Below are positions 26,250 through 36,008 of a stretch of DNA of 64,000 nt, one piece after another. Made by a program: the position numbers and the translations under genes. Source of the stretch: a virus; IMG/VR virus record IMGVR_UViG_3300035670_000044, positions 1 to 64,000 of that record. One strand, given 5' to 3'. The first letter of the stretch is position 1. Each line of letters starts with the position of its first letter. Under the pieces are notes generated by a model. That model was not told the DNA's origin, searched no databases, and saw only the letters and a program-made list of their open reading frames with translations.

Positions 26250-28803
26250 TTAGACATTAGTTGAAACAGGATTCAGGAAGAGGGCGCCAGCGCCAACTCG
26301 ACCAGTTTCACCCATGCCAACGAGCTCAAAAGAGCGCTCGACAAGGATGTCGCCTTCGAAAACACGACGGTCCATATTGAAGCGCTCGGGGGTAGAGATC
26401 GGATAGCCAGACAGCGTATAGGTATACGCAAATGCCGGGGTACCGTAGTTAGCATCCAGAGCGGGGGTAAAACCGTCAGTGCTGTTGCTAGGATGGTAGA
26501 ACATAATAGCAACGTTGTTGTAGACGTTCTCCAGAGCACCAGTTTCCTGGTTCAGCTTGAGACGGCGAGCAACGCGAATCTCGTCGAGACCAAAGATCTC
26601 AGCGAGGCTCTTCTCGTTCACCAAAATACCGCGCTGCATGAAGTCACGGATTCGTTTGTTCAGTGTTGTTACCGTAGAGGCTCTTTATCCTCTACTTCTG
26701 CATGTTACCATGCAGCTCAGACTATATCATCACCGAGAAAAATTATTATTCTCGGGCTGGGCGCTCGTGGACAGGTTATTGTTGGGACTCACTGTCTAGT
26801 CGTTGAACCTTTCGGAGGAACTAAGCCCGCCTCCGGCTTGGCTTCTGATTGCCCCGTAGAACGGGGGTTTCCAGAAATTCACCCAGTTTTCTAGCATTAA
26901 GACAAGCAGCACCCTATTACTCTCCAACCCTTGTGTTGGAAATGTTTATCAGGGTGGTTTATTAGGTTACAAATAGCAGATTTGGTCAAACCGTAATTTT
27001 TTACGTCTGACAGATAAATTTGTACTTGGTTACCATTGGGGTCTAAAAATAGGTATTTTCTTTCCCCCTCTCGTCTATAGCCGTTCTTTTTCCTATCTTG
27101 AAAGGCCTTGAACCTTCTCAGTCTTCCCTCTTCAGTAACTTTTCTCTTCGAAAAGCTATGAATCATTCTTTCTTTGAACTTAGGGTCAGACCATCTCTCT
27201 TTGGACTGTTGTCCTATGAGATTTTTTGTACTATCAGATCTAACTTTGCCTACATTTTTACCGATATTTCCTTGCCTGATGTTTTTTACAGCATCTTGGG
27301 TATGTTTATACCCTTTGGAGAAGCTACACCCGCCCTTGGTAGCGATGCTCTTATTGGCAAAACTAGGGTTAATGTCAACTCTCAGTGACTTATGTAAAAA
27401 ATATTCAAACTCAGACGCCTTTTTTCTCGTATCAAAAAGGCACAAAATGTGCTTTTCTTTCGGCATAAAGGTCTCGTCGGTAGAACTACCCATGTAGGGG
27501 TCCTCCCATGGATTTTCATGGGACCTACACCCAATGTAGTGTCTGTTATCTTCACCAACTACATCATACACGTAGTGGATGTAGTCAGAGTCAGATCTTT
27601 TCAGGTTCATGGCTGTTCAGGGAAAATCTATTGGCTTATCTAGGCGCTACTATTTTAACGCTTAAGGTTGTTGAACGCATCGGGAGACAGAACGAGCTTG
27701 TTAGGATAGCAGCCGATTTGGCCACGAACCTGCTCCTTCATCTCGTCAAACAGCACTTCGACGTCAGAGGTCGGGCTGTTAAACTGGTCAGCACCACCGT
27801 TGTAGGTAGCCAGGTCCAGAACGTTGCCGGATTCGTATTGGGTTACGTCCAGAATTTTCTGGCTGACTTGGATCTCCCAACTCTGCATGAGGCGGTTAGC
27901 AGCATCCTTAGCGGCATATGCGCGAAGGTCAATGGCGGCGGCGCCATTTTTTGCTTCTGCGGCCACTTCTTCAGCAATCTGCCAGCTAATGGCTTCTTGG
28001 CGAAGAGCAAAGCTCCGGGTACCGAATTCATTAGAGATCTTCTGAATGTTGGTACCAGGTGCACGCAGGAAGGACTGAGCGGCGAATGCCTCTTTGCCGA
28101 ACACCAGGCTGCGGCCAGCCCTGACGCTCATAGAGACGGCAGGGGCGAAGAAGGTAGCAACACCTTCTGTATTCTTGTACAAATTGTTAACGCGAGGGTA
28201 TTTAACCTCTCGCTTCTTACACTTTCATGTAAGTTCGGACTATATCTTCGGCCCAATGGGCCGGAGGGCGCTCGTGGAGAAATCATTACCCGGTCTGGGT
28301 AGTTCCTCTAGTCTCTGAACCTTCTGTTCCGTTCCCGAAACAGCTTGGCTGCTGATTGCCTTAGGGAACGTGTTCCCCTTAGGTTTCCCAGCAATTCACC
28401 CCCTAATCATACCACGAATTACTCCGAGGCACGGCTACAAAATTAACCTTGTGCGAGTTGCGTGAGGATCGGATCGATCACCAAAGTGTTTCACTGGGCG
28501 TTTTAATTCCCAGCTCTCCAACTTTCGTGTGAACAGCGATTGTTGTTGTTAAATTGTCGAGGTTCACGAGCCCTAAGGCTCTGGAGTATCGGACTATATC
28601 ATCACGGAACTATCACCGTGTCGGGCGCTCGTGGACAGGTTATTGTTGGGACTCACTGTCTAGTCTCTGAACGTTACTGGGAACCTGAGCCCTCCCAGTC
28701 TTCGCTGCTGATTGCCGTATCGAAATAATCCGAGTTAGGTTTCCAGCAATTCACCCGATTTTAAAGGCGCGAATCAGTCACGCACTTGATCTAAATTCAT
28801 CAT
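26250..28803 (-). CDS. major capsid protein, spliced: join(28780-28803, 28446-28481, 27658-28179, 26250-26660), 330 aa
   Basis: AAGGAG RBS. Exons join in frame to MMNLDQVR|VIDPILTQLAQG|YKNTEG...NNLKR|NKRIRDFMQ...; lies downstream of the protease and decoration genes. Confidence 0.88.
26661..27657 (-). mobile_element. group I intron 3 (997 nt) carrying a homing endonuclease
   Basis: Exon ends in U with P1 GCGU/GCGC; GGGTGAATTTCTGGAAAC, AATCAGAAG, GACTAGAC and GATATAGTC cores; terminal G. Confidence 0.88.
26897..27610 (-). CDS. intron-encoded GIY-YIG/NUMOD3-type homing endonuclease
   Basis: HYVY...HYIGCRS...PYMGSS; KGYKHTQDA; QHKGW. Confidence 0.8.
   Translation of the reverse strand: MNLKRSDSDYIHYVYDVVGEDNRHYIGCRSHENPWEDPYMGSSTDETFMPKEKHILCLFDTRKKASEFEYFLHKSLRVDINPSFANKSIATKGGCSFSKGYKHTQDAVKNIRQGNIGKNVGKVRSDSTKNLIGQQSKERWSDPKFKERMIHSFSKRKVTEEGRLRRFKAFQDRKKNGYRREGERKYLFLDPNGNQVQIYLSDVKNYGLTKSAICNLINHPDKHFQHKGWRVIGCCLS
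28180..28445 (-). mobile_element. group I intron 2 (266 nt, no ORF)
   Basis: P1 GGU/GCC; P10 TTGTA pairs with exon TACAA; P/Q/R/S cores; terminal G. Confidence 0.88.
28482..28779 (-). mobile_element. group I intron 1 (298 nt, no ORF)
   Basis: P1 GCGU/GCGC; GGGTGAATTGCTGGAAAC, AATCAGCAG, TTCAGAGACTA, GATATAGTCC; terminal G. Confidence 0.88.
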
Positions 28804-28824
28804 GATAGTTAGTCTCCTTTAGGA

Positions 28825-29541
28825 TTAAGCGCCAGCTTCGTTGCCAAGTTTCACCCGAACGTACTGACCAGCACCAGCGGTACCGATCACATCGAGTACA
28901 CGACCCAGAATCACACCAGCACCAGCAGTACTAGAAGCAGTACCGGCGGTAGTGGAATACACAGCGTCGTCAACAGCAAAGGTAGAAGTGGCGTCCACTT
29001 CGACAATTGCAATACCAGTGGTTACAATGGACAGCAGGGACTGGTATGGGAATACACCAGGCTTGCGAGGGGTGGTAGAAGGATTAGACTGACCTTCATA
29101 CGTGCCGGGCCAGATGTACGCAGTAGCGCCAGTGATGGCGGTAGCGGGGGCTGGGAGCACGGTGGCGGCGGTATCGCTGGTACGTGCCATGACACGGAAA
29201 AGCTGAGCACCGACCTTGATGGTGTCACCGACTTTGAGTTGGGGGTCAAAGTTGGTTCCGGTACCGGTCACAACGCCGGCAGTCGAGATTGCCAGGGTGC
29301 CAGTCAGGGCGGTCATGTCCGCATCTTCGACCTGATAGCCTTTGTCGGTGAGTTCGCCTTGGCCGTAAAGCTTATAGACGTTCACACCAGCCGCGTAGGA
29401 GCCAGCGGAGGCGGGATATGCACCGCTTCGTTTCACAAAGCGGCAGCGCTCGATACCATTAGCAAGAGCGGTCGCGTCAGTGACGGTCACGGTCTCTACA
29501 TACTTATGGTCGAACGACATGTAACGGGGATCAGTTGCCAT
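28825..29541 (-). CDS. capsid decoration/cement protein (DUF2190-like) with an inserted beta module
   Basis: Between protease and MCP; IVTTGIAIVE...GRVLD...GQYVRVKL. Confidence 0.7.
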   Translation of the reverse strand: MATDPRYMSFDHKYVETVTVTDATALANGIERCRFVKRSGAYPASAGSYAAGVNVYKLYGQGELTDKGYQVEDADMTALTGTLAISTAGVVTGTGTNFDPQLKVGDTIKVGAQLFRVMARTSDTAATVLPAPATAITGATAYIWPGTYEGQSNPSTTPRKPGVFPYQSLLSIVTTGIAIVEVDATSTFAVDDAVYSTTAGTASSTAGAGVILGRVLDVIGTAGAGQYVRVKLGNEAGA

Positions 29542-29730
29542 AGGACAATTGTCGTAAGTTGTCGTTGTGGCGTACGGAGACGTATCTTTCGTACACCGGG
29601 TTTGGAAGTTAATTCCACCTTTTATGTAACCGGAACGAATAGCGTGCTTGCAGATAACTTTAGGTTATCGGTCTATTCGCCGGGGAGCTTACGCTCCCCG
29701 TTGTTACAAGGCGTTCAATTAACTACCCTG

Positions 29731-31329
29731 TCAGATGTCTTCACTCAACACGAGTTTGAGGGCCGACATGTAGTCAACACCTTTCTCCTCGGAGTAAGAA
29801 ATGGCTTTGGCATGGACTTCCGCATTGCGTTCGTCATACACGTAGCCGTCTGCACTAGGTGCCTGAGTCTTAGCCTTTTTGGGGGCTGATGCCGGTGTGG
29901 CCTGCTCGGTAAAGCTCACCATGGAGGGGAGATTACTCAGGACTCCCTTCATGAAGTCGAACTGGCTAGCCTTACCGCCCTCACTAAAGTTCACAGAGTT
30001 TTTCGCATTCAGCGTCTCCATGAACCGAACCAGATCAGCGATAGGAGCAACTTGCTCGGTCAGCTTACCTCCGTCATAGAGCTTCTCGCAGAAATCGGTG
30101 ATCTCCTTCTGGCGCATAAGGCGGCGCTGGCTGGCCAGCTCTTCCTCGAGTTCGGCGACCTTGGCGGCGAGGGGGTCGGGGGCAACCTGCTCCGAGAATT
30201 CGACGGCCTCAGGGGCCGGCTCGCTATAGCCCATCGTCCCCTGCTCACCCATCTCGCTAGAGCCCTGGGCGAGCTGGTACAGGGCCATAATCAACTGTTC
30301 TTCGGTGTATTGAGACGCTAGGTCGGACGCAACCTGCTCATCATCCGAGCCTGACACGTCATCGACTTCACCCTCACCCTCAGGAGCTCCACCCATATCA
30401 TCGGGAGCAGCTTCATCCTCTCCCTCCATTCCATCCGGGCCCGCACCAGACTCGTCTACAGGAGCGCCATCGCCACCGTCCTCGTCACCCATTTCCTCAC
30501 CATCGGGCCCCTCAACCATCGAGGTCGAGTCCATCGTCGGGTCTGGAGTGGCGATGTCCTGATTAGGATCCATCCCCATGTCATCGCCGTATTCGGCTTC
30601 GTAGGGAGCGGAGGACCCGGTCTCCCCGATGAGTTGACCTTCCTCATCGGTAGCCTTAACACCGTTAATGTTCACGTTGATGGTCATGCCCCGCCCGTCA
30701 GCGTGATCGACAACCTGGGGGACTTCGGTTTTTCTTTTAGCCATAGTTGGTAAAGTTTCTTGGAATGAAATAGAAGACTCCCTTGGAGTTATTGTGATCG
30801 AGCCTTCGGGGTGGTTTTCGGAAAAGGCCGTAAGACCTTTTACCGCAGGAATCGATACAAGGCCGAGGTGGCGTAATGCCAACTGACCCGGTGTCGGATT
30901 GGTGTCTGCGTCAGGTAAGTAGAACGAGCTACTAACCTTTTTGAAGACACCGTCGCGTACCAGACGCTCAGCTTTAGGGGTTAGTTCAACTTTCCCCCAA
31001 AGAGATTTGCCTTTGCGCCAAACTTCGCGTACCCAGCCCAAGGCCGGAGTACCGTCGTCCTGATCATGACCAATGATTAACGGGGCCTCGTGACGATTCG
31101 TGTCGTAGCTTGTAACTACCTGGTCGAGGTCAGCCTCCTCAAAGACCATTTTCTGGCCTGTGGAACTAATCTGCGGACCAGATCGGAACAGCTCGATGTA
31201 CACGGTTCGCTTGGGCTGTTGTTCTGTCAAAGGACCGTCCGAGTTAAGGACGAGCTCGTCAGGGGAGGGGGGAATCCCCCCACCCTGATCTATAGTTTGC
31301 TTGCGAAGTCGACGTGCCATAAGCCTCAA
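29731..31329 (-). CDS. Mu gpI-like prohead protease/scaffold
   Basis: IELFRSG, APLIIGH, PALGWV, KVSSSF, LRHLGLVSIPAVKGL; acidic scaffold region. Confidence 0.85.
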   Translation of the reverse strand: MRLMARRLRKQTIDQGGGIPPSPDELVLNSDGPLTEQQPKRTVYIELFRSGPQISSTGQKMVFEEADLDQVVTSYDTNRHEAPLIIGHDQDDGTPALGWVREVWRKGKSLWGKVELTPKAERLVRDGVFKKVSSSFYLPDADTNPTPGQLALRHLGLVSIPAVKGLTAFSENHPEGSITITPRESSISFQETLPTMAKRKTEVPQVVDHADGRGMTINVNINGVKATDEEGQLIGETGSSAPYEAEYGDDMGMDPNQDIATPDPTMDSTSMVEGPDGEEMGDEDGGDGAPVDESGAGPDGMEGEDEAAPDDMGGAPEGEGEVDDVSGSDDEQVASDLASQYTEEQLIMALYQLAQGSSEMGEQGTMGYSEPAPEAVEFSEQVAPDPLAAKVAELEEELASQRRLMRQKEITDFCEKLYDGGKLTEQVAPIADLVRFMETLNAKNSVNFSEGGKASQFDFMKGVLSNLPSMVSFTEQATPASAPKKAKTQAPSADGYVYDERNAEVHAKAISYSEEKGVDYMSALKLVLSEDI

Positions 31330-31335
31330 TATGCT

Positions 31336-34155
31336 TTACACAGAAAGGTTGGTAGCGTCCAGGAAAGCGGTAAACCGCTCTTCGTTGCGGGAGAAACTAT
31401 CGCTCAGCAGAGAGACTTGTCCAACCGGAGTGCGAACAATCGTGATTGCAAGACGCTCGAGGGTCGGGCTAGTCGCCACGTACGCATCCATCCGAACCGT
31501 GCCCTGTTCGAGAAGGGCGGAGGAGTTGTTGGAAGCGCCGCACACCACCAGGTAGGCTTGCTCAGGACGATTCCCAAACAGAGCACCTTGGCGGTAGAAC
31601 TGGTTCAGAACTTGGCTAGCAATAGACTTAACACGACTGAAGATAGTGTTGCCCGAATCGATAGACTCGAAGAGGATGTCGTCGAAGCTACGATTCATAA
31701 CATCGATGAGGACGTTAAGAATGACCCGAGTGTTCACAAAGCGGAACAGCGGGGAGCTGGACAGGGTCCGTGAACCCCACACAACGATTCCGCGATTAGG
31801 CAAGGACCGGATTGGGTTAAGTCCCAGGGCATAAGTCACTTCCTGCTGTTGAGCAGTAATGTTGAACTTAAGGCCCACCACCCCCCGAAGCGGATAGCGA
31901 GATCCGGCAGGAGGCTGTTGGAACCCTTCGTTCACGAACCGACTACATGCAGTGCCGGCCACAAACGAGCTGGGGGGAACAAAACGATCGGAGAGGTTTT
32001 TGACGTAGGGCGCGTAGTATGCCGCGTGACCGTAGGGAACACCGACAACTCTCTTAATCAGGTTGAGCTCGTCTTGAGCTTGAGAGAGATTTTCAATGTC
32101 CCCACCACAATCAATCAGGGCTACGTGCTGGGTACCAGACACACCCTCAGTCACCCCAAAGCGACCTTCGGCCGCAGACACCAGGGTCTGAGTGACCTTA
32201 AGGCGCTCAGTGGATGCCTCATTGCGAGATGCGAGGTCGGAATCGGCCGAGTATGCGAGTGTGGCATACGCCTCTGGCGCCATCAAGAATCCAGGAGCGT
32301 AGTAATCACCACCCATACCCTTTTCGATTCCGTACACAAAATCCTGTGCTTTGGCGGATGAAGTCAGCTTGTAACTTTCATACCCAATCTGCTCAACAAC
32401 CGAAGTCAGTTTGACAACGTTGTCGTCCAGGAGTCCTTGACGATTGATTCCGGGAAGAACAGGGCTGACCAGGCCGTTTTTGGCAGTGATCCGCACCTGG
32501 AGGACGTAGTCGAAGGACTGGAAACCATTCGCGACGGATTTATCCAGTCTGGCTGTAGCCCCGGCAGCGATAGCGACGGTGGGAGAAGGAGATACGGTGG
32601 CGGCAGTGTCGGTAGTACGAGCAGTCACGGTGTACCGGACTCCGTTCACAACGATTACACTACCAACGCCAATTTCGGAATTAAACAAGGTGCCGGTTCC
32701 GGTCACAACACCACCAGTGGTGATGGCAACAGTCCCAGTCAGAACAATGTCTTCAATGTCCGGTCGAATGAAAGGACTACCGGCAGCCGACACAAGGTTC
32801 GATACTGCGTATCCGTTATTCGGAGCGTAGTTGGTACCGGAATAGTTAGTACCTGTCGGGACAGCTTCGACGGTGTAGTACTGGGCAAGATCTTTCTCGG
32901 TCAGGATCGAAACAATCTCGTCCCGCAGACCCTCAGCCAACTCGTCAGGCGTGGCGCCATTCACAATGATGGCGCGGTTCTCACCCGCCACCGATACATA
33001 AAACACTTGCACGGAGTCGGGCAGGAACCCGGTACGGGTCATACCATCCACGCTTACTGTTCCGGTAGGAACGGTAGGAGTAGCTCCTCCAATTTTGGCG
33101 AAGGTAGTCGTTCCGAGGTCGTAACGCCAGTACGCGGCGTCAGCATCAGGCCATTTGTTACCAGAGCTAACTCCAGAGCTAAAATCCTTGCTAACGGCGA
33201 CAATCTTGTCATCGGCGATAGAGGTTACGCCATTCGCGGCCAGGAAATCTTCGAGGATTTCGGACTGGTCGGTAGCGGGGGCGTAGGTGCCGGCGCTAGC
33301 CGCATTAGCCGCTGCGATGAACAGGCTGACAGCCGATCCATCCACATACAGCACGGTCTCACCAGTAGAGATTTCACGGCTGTTGCAACGGAAATTAATC
33401 TCCTTCACCGAGGTGAACAACCGGACAACACCGGGGGTATTGATATTCAGGGGTGACGCATAACCACTGTCGCTAAAGTTGTAGGCAACGAACCGGTCGA
33501 TTTCGGGAAGGAGCGAGTTGTCCCGAGCAAAAATGCGGAACTTACCCTGGGTAGCCTCAGTAGCGGTCTGTTCTACTTTGTAGAAGTCGGAGAAACCGTC
33601 CGAGTTGCTGCTAGACAGGTAGTTGTACAGGTCGCGAGCGTTATCGATTGCGTCGATGGCCGTGGTCGTAATGACCCGAATCTCGTCACCGTCCGAATCC
33701 ATCACGTTAATCGGAGTACCGAAATAACGTCCGTTAACTTTCAGAGCAAACGCGTTGTAACCGGATCCGGCGCTACTTGCGTTAAGGTCGATAACGGTTT
33801 CGGGGGTGGGGGTAACCCGGGTGAAGTACAGGATACCATTAACACCGACGTTGTCGAAAAATCCTTTGACGGCATCGTAAGTGGTAAGAGCTCCCACCGA
33901 TCCGCTGGGGGTGCTACCACCAATCCGCTGCAGGTAATCCTCGGGTGAGGCTACTTGGGTGGGTGTATAGGGGAGAAAGTTAGAGTAGATGCCCTCGCTT
34001 TCATCACCGTAGTACTCATCAGCGGGAGTAGTCCCGAAGAGATAACCAACGGCGTGACTCGCCAGGGGTTGGGGAAGGCCGCCAGTAGCCGACTGAGTAA
34101 CAAATACTCCTGGTCTGGTTAGGGGGGCGGCGTTGACTGTAATCGATGATGCCAA
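31336..34155 (-). CDS. contractile tail sheath protein
   Basis: RPGVFV N-terminus; YYAPYV, VPPS, QPPAG, LNPIR, WGSRTL, RFVNTR, LFE. Confidence 0.92.
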   Translation of the reverse strand: MASSITVNAAPLTRPGVFVTQSATGGLPQPLASHAVGYLFGTTPADEYYGDESEGIYSNFLPYTPTQVASPEDYLQRIGGSTPSGSVGALTTYDAVKGFFDNVGVNGILYFTRVTPTPETVIDLNASSAGSGYNAFALKVNGRYFGTPINVMDSDGDEIRVITTTAIDAIDNARDLYNYLSSSNSDGFSDFYKVEQTATEATQGKFRIFARDNSLLPEIDRFVAYNFSDSGYASPLNINTPGVVRLFTSVKEINFRCNSREISTGETVLYVDGSAVSLFIAAANAASAGTYAPATDQSEILEDFLAANGVTSIADDKIVAVSKDFSSGVSSGNKWPDADAAYWRYDLGTTTFAKIGGATPTVPTGTVSVDGMTRTGFLPDSVQVFYVSVAGENRAIIVNGATPDELAEGLRDEIVSILTEKDLAQYYTVEAVPTGTNYSGTNYAPNNGYAVSNLVSAAGSPFIRPDIEDIVLTGTVAITTGGVVTGTGTLFNSEIGVGSVIVVNGVRYTVTARTTDTAATVSPSPTVAIAAGATARLDKSVANGFQSFDYVLQVRITAKNGLVSPVLPGINRQGLLDDNVVKLTSVVEQIGYESYKLTSSAKAQDFVYGIEKGMGGDYYAPGFLMAPEAYATLAYSADSDLASRNEASTERLKVTQTLVSAAEGRFGVTEGVSGTQHVALIDCGGDIENLSQAQDELNLIKRVVGVPYGHAAYYAPYVKNLSDRFVPPSSFVAGTACSRFVNEGFQQPPAGSRYPLRGVVGLKFNITAQQQEVTYALGLNPIRSLPNRGIVVWGSRTLSSSPLFRFVNTRVILNVLIDVMNRSFDDILFESIDSGNTIFSRVKSIASQVLNQFYRQGALFGNRPEQAYLVVCGASNNSSALLEQGTVRMDAYVATSPTLERLAITIVRTPVGQVSLLSDSFSRNEERFTAFLDATNLSV

Positions 34156-34194
34156 GGCAAAATCTCCGTGTTAGTCGACAGACCTTTCACTAGA

Positions 34195-34203
34195 GCTTTC
34201 AAC
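34195..34203 (-). promoter_or_regulatory. GTTGAAAGC motif (candidate late promoter) of the sheath gene
   Basis: One of at least 21 exact copies; about 40 nt upstream of the start. Confidence 0.65.
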
Positions 34204-34298
34204 GGGTCGGGGACCGGAATTACAAGAGTTGAAAGACTAAGGTGAAAATTCTCCGCTCTTGCTAGAGATTCTTTACCCCTCTGAGATTAACGTGGGTG

Positions 34299-34450
34299 CC
34301 GTGCTAGTCGACAGACTTTTGACATCCACCTACCCGTAAACGGGGAGGATTCCTAGCTTCACAGCTAGGATTTTCTGCTTCAATTCCTCAAGCTCAAACA
34401 TGGCTCTTAGATCCACAGACACTACCCGCCAGCCCGGCGGTGAGAATATT
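34299..34450 (-). ncRNA. TnpB omegaRNA (3' scaffold plus guide 34299-34318); 5' end uncertain
   Basis: Hairpins CCTAGC..GCTAGG and CCCGT.TACGGG, then a GGATGTCAA right end. Confidence 0.65.
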
Positions 34451-35624
34451 CTTTGCTGCGTTAACGTCTCGGTCTAGAACCTCTCCGCAAGACGGACAAG
34501 TCCAGACCCGGTCGTTAAGAGATAGTTTCGTTTGGCGTTGAGTACCACAGCAGCTACAGATCTGGCTGCTAGGGAAATACTGGTTAACTTTAACCAGATT
34601 TCTTCCATACCAGCTAGCCTTGTACTCTAACTGCCTGACAAACTCAAACCAGCTAGCATCGGAGATAGACTTGCTCAGACCTTTACTAGCATTTGCTAGC
34701 ATGTCTTTAACGCACAGATCTTCTACAATTACCGTTTGGTTTTCACGGATCAAGGTAGTAGATAACTTATGCAAGAAGTCTAGCCGATTGTTAGCTATGT
34801 CTTCGTGAACTCTGGCAACCTTTCTCCTCTGCTTGTGATAGTTATTACTATCTCTCTGCTTACGGGAAAGCTTTCGTTGTTTACGAGCTAGCTTAGCTTG
34901 ATACTTACGGTAGAAACGGGGGTTAGGGGCTTTAATACCATCACTGTTTGTCAAGTAGCTCTCAAGCCCAAGATCTATACCTAGAACTTTGTTATTCGCA
35001 GGTAGGGCTAGGTTTGAGTTAGGGTCTTCGTAACTAAAAGATACGAACCATTTTCCACTAGATTTCTTAGTTATAGAGATAGAAGTAGGCTTTAGATTTT
35101 CAGGCAAAGGTCTGGAGAATATTACACGCAAAGGTTGTTTAACCTTGGCAATGTAAAGCTCTCCGTTCTTCAGCCTAAAGCTTCCACGAGTTAGCCTCAT
35201 TCCGTTAACCGGGGCCTTTCTACTTTTAAACCTAGGCTTCCTTGCATTACCCCTAAACATGTTTCTAAACGCCCTATCAAGGTTTAAAACAGATTGTTGG
35301 AGGACTACGTTAGAAACTTCGGACAGGTAGAAAAGATCCGGGTCTTTCTTCCAAACCGTAATACGCTTTACATACTCATAACCATTCCATTTAGCTTTAG
35401 GGTTCGAGGCTCTCTTCTGCTCATGTTCAGCCAACGAAAGGTTAAACACCTTCCTAGCACAACCCGAGCTCCGGTTCAGGAAAACTTCCTGCTCCGGGCT
35501 GGGGTAGGACCTGAACTTGAGAGAGTAGTTTCTCATACCTCTACTATACACTATTTTTCGCAAGGCTGGGGATCACGTGCTATGCTTGTGAAAACCGTCC
35601 TAAATGCCGGGGTTTCAGACCCCA
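34319..35624 (-). mobile_element. IS1341-like tnpB-only element (IS200/IS605 family)
   Basis: Right end TCAA; left-end hairpin GGGGTCTGAAACCCC; no tnpA. Confidence 0.7.
34394..35536 (-). CDS. tnpB: RNA-guided endonuclease TnpB
   Basis: HTH N-terminus; RuvC GIDLG, VEDL and DRDVNAA all intact; CSCCG...CPSCG Zn finger. Confidence 0.95.
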   Translation of the reverse strand: MRNYSLKFRSYPSPEQEVFLNRSSGCARKVFNLSLAEHEQKRASNPKAKWNGYEYVKRITVWKKDPDLFYLSEVSNVVLQQSVLNLDRAFRNMFRGNARKPRFKSRKAPVNGMRLTRGSFRLKNGELYIAKVKQPLRVIFSRPLPENLKPTSISITKKSSGKWFVSFSYEDPNSNLALPANNKVLGIDLGLESYLTNSDGIKAPNPRFYRKYQAKLARKQRKLSRKQRDSNNYHKQRRKVARVHEDIANNRLDFLHKLSTTLIRENQTVIVEDLCVKDMLANASKGLSKSISDASWFEFVRQLEYKASWYGRNLVKVNQYFPSSQICSCCGTQRQTKLSLNDRVWTCPSCGEVLDRDVNAAKNILTAGLAGSVCGSKSHV

Positions 35625-35705
35625 ACAGACTTATCATTAAAGCCTTCAACTGGACGGGAAGAAAAATTACAAACGTTGAAGGGTCTTTAATGGGGGGGGG
35701 TCGAC

Positions 35706-36002
35706 TCACATCGCTACCGACTCGGTACCATACGCACTATACAACTCATACAAGGATGTCATAAGCCAATCCGAGCACAACGAATCTCCACACTTATCAG
35801 TCCCCATCATCCGGACAACCCGTCTGACCAGGTTGTTGAAATCCTCCGGGCTAATAACCTTCGACACGTACTTCAGGTAACGGTTAAGCTCGTTGACATC
35901 CTGATCCTTAACAACCCGATACAGGATCACCATGTATTGAAGTATCTCAGTAGATTCCATTTCATCGCTAAACCTCTGTAGTTGCGGGGCAGACGGGGAC
36001 AT
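35706..36002 (-). CDS. hypothetical protein
   Basis: ORF in the minus-strand run. Confidence 0.65.
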   Translation of the reverse strand: MSPSAPQLQRFSDEMESTEILQYMVILYRVVKDQDVNELNRYLKYVSKVISPEDFNNLVRRVVRMMGTDKCGDSLCSDWLMTSLYELYSAYGTESVAM

Positions 36003-36008
36003 AATCAG

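Noticed and set aside
27655-28182. Stand-alone 175-aa and 129-aa (26250-26639) ORFs, or a capsid pseudogene
   Set aside because: They are exons that join in frame once the group I introns are removed
32437-33456. 339-aa plus-strand ORF (also 16964-17893, 27508-28302, 29239-29889, 31090-31773)
   Set aside because: Antisense shadows of well-supported genes, with no recognisable motifs
34394-35536. Nuclease-dead TnpB regulator (TldR) or Cas12f
   Set aside because: RuvC D, E and D residues are intact, no CRISPR array is adjacent, and IS-type ends are present
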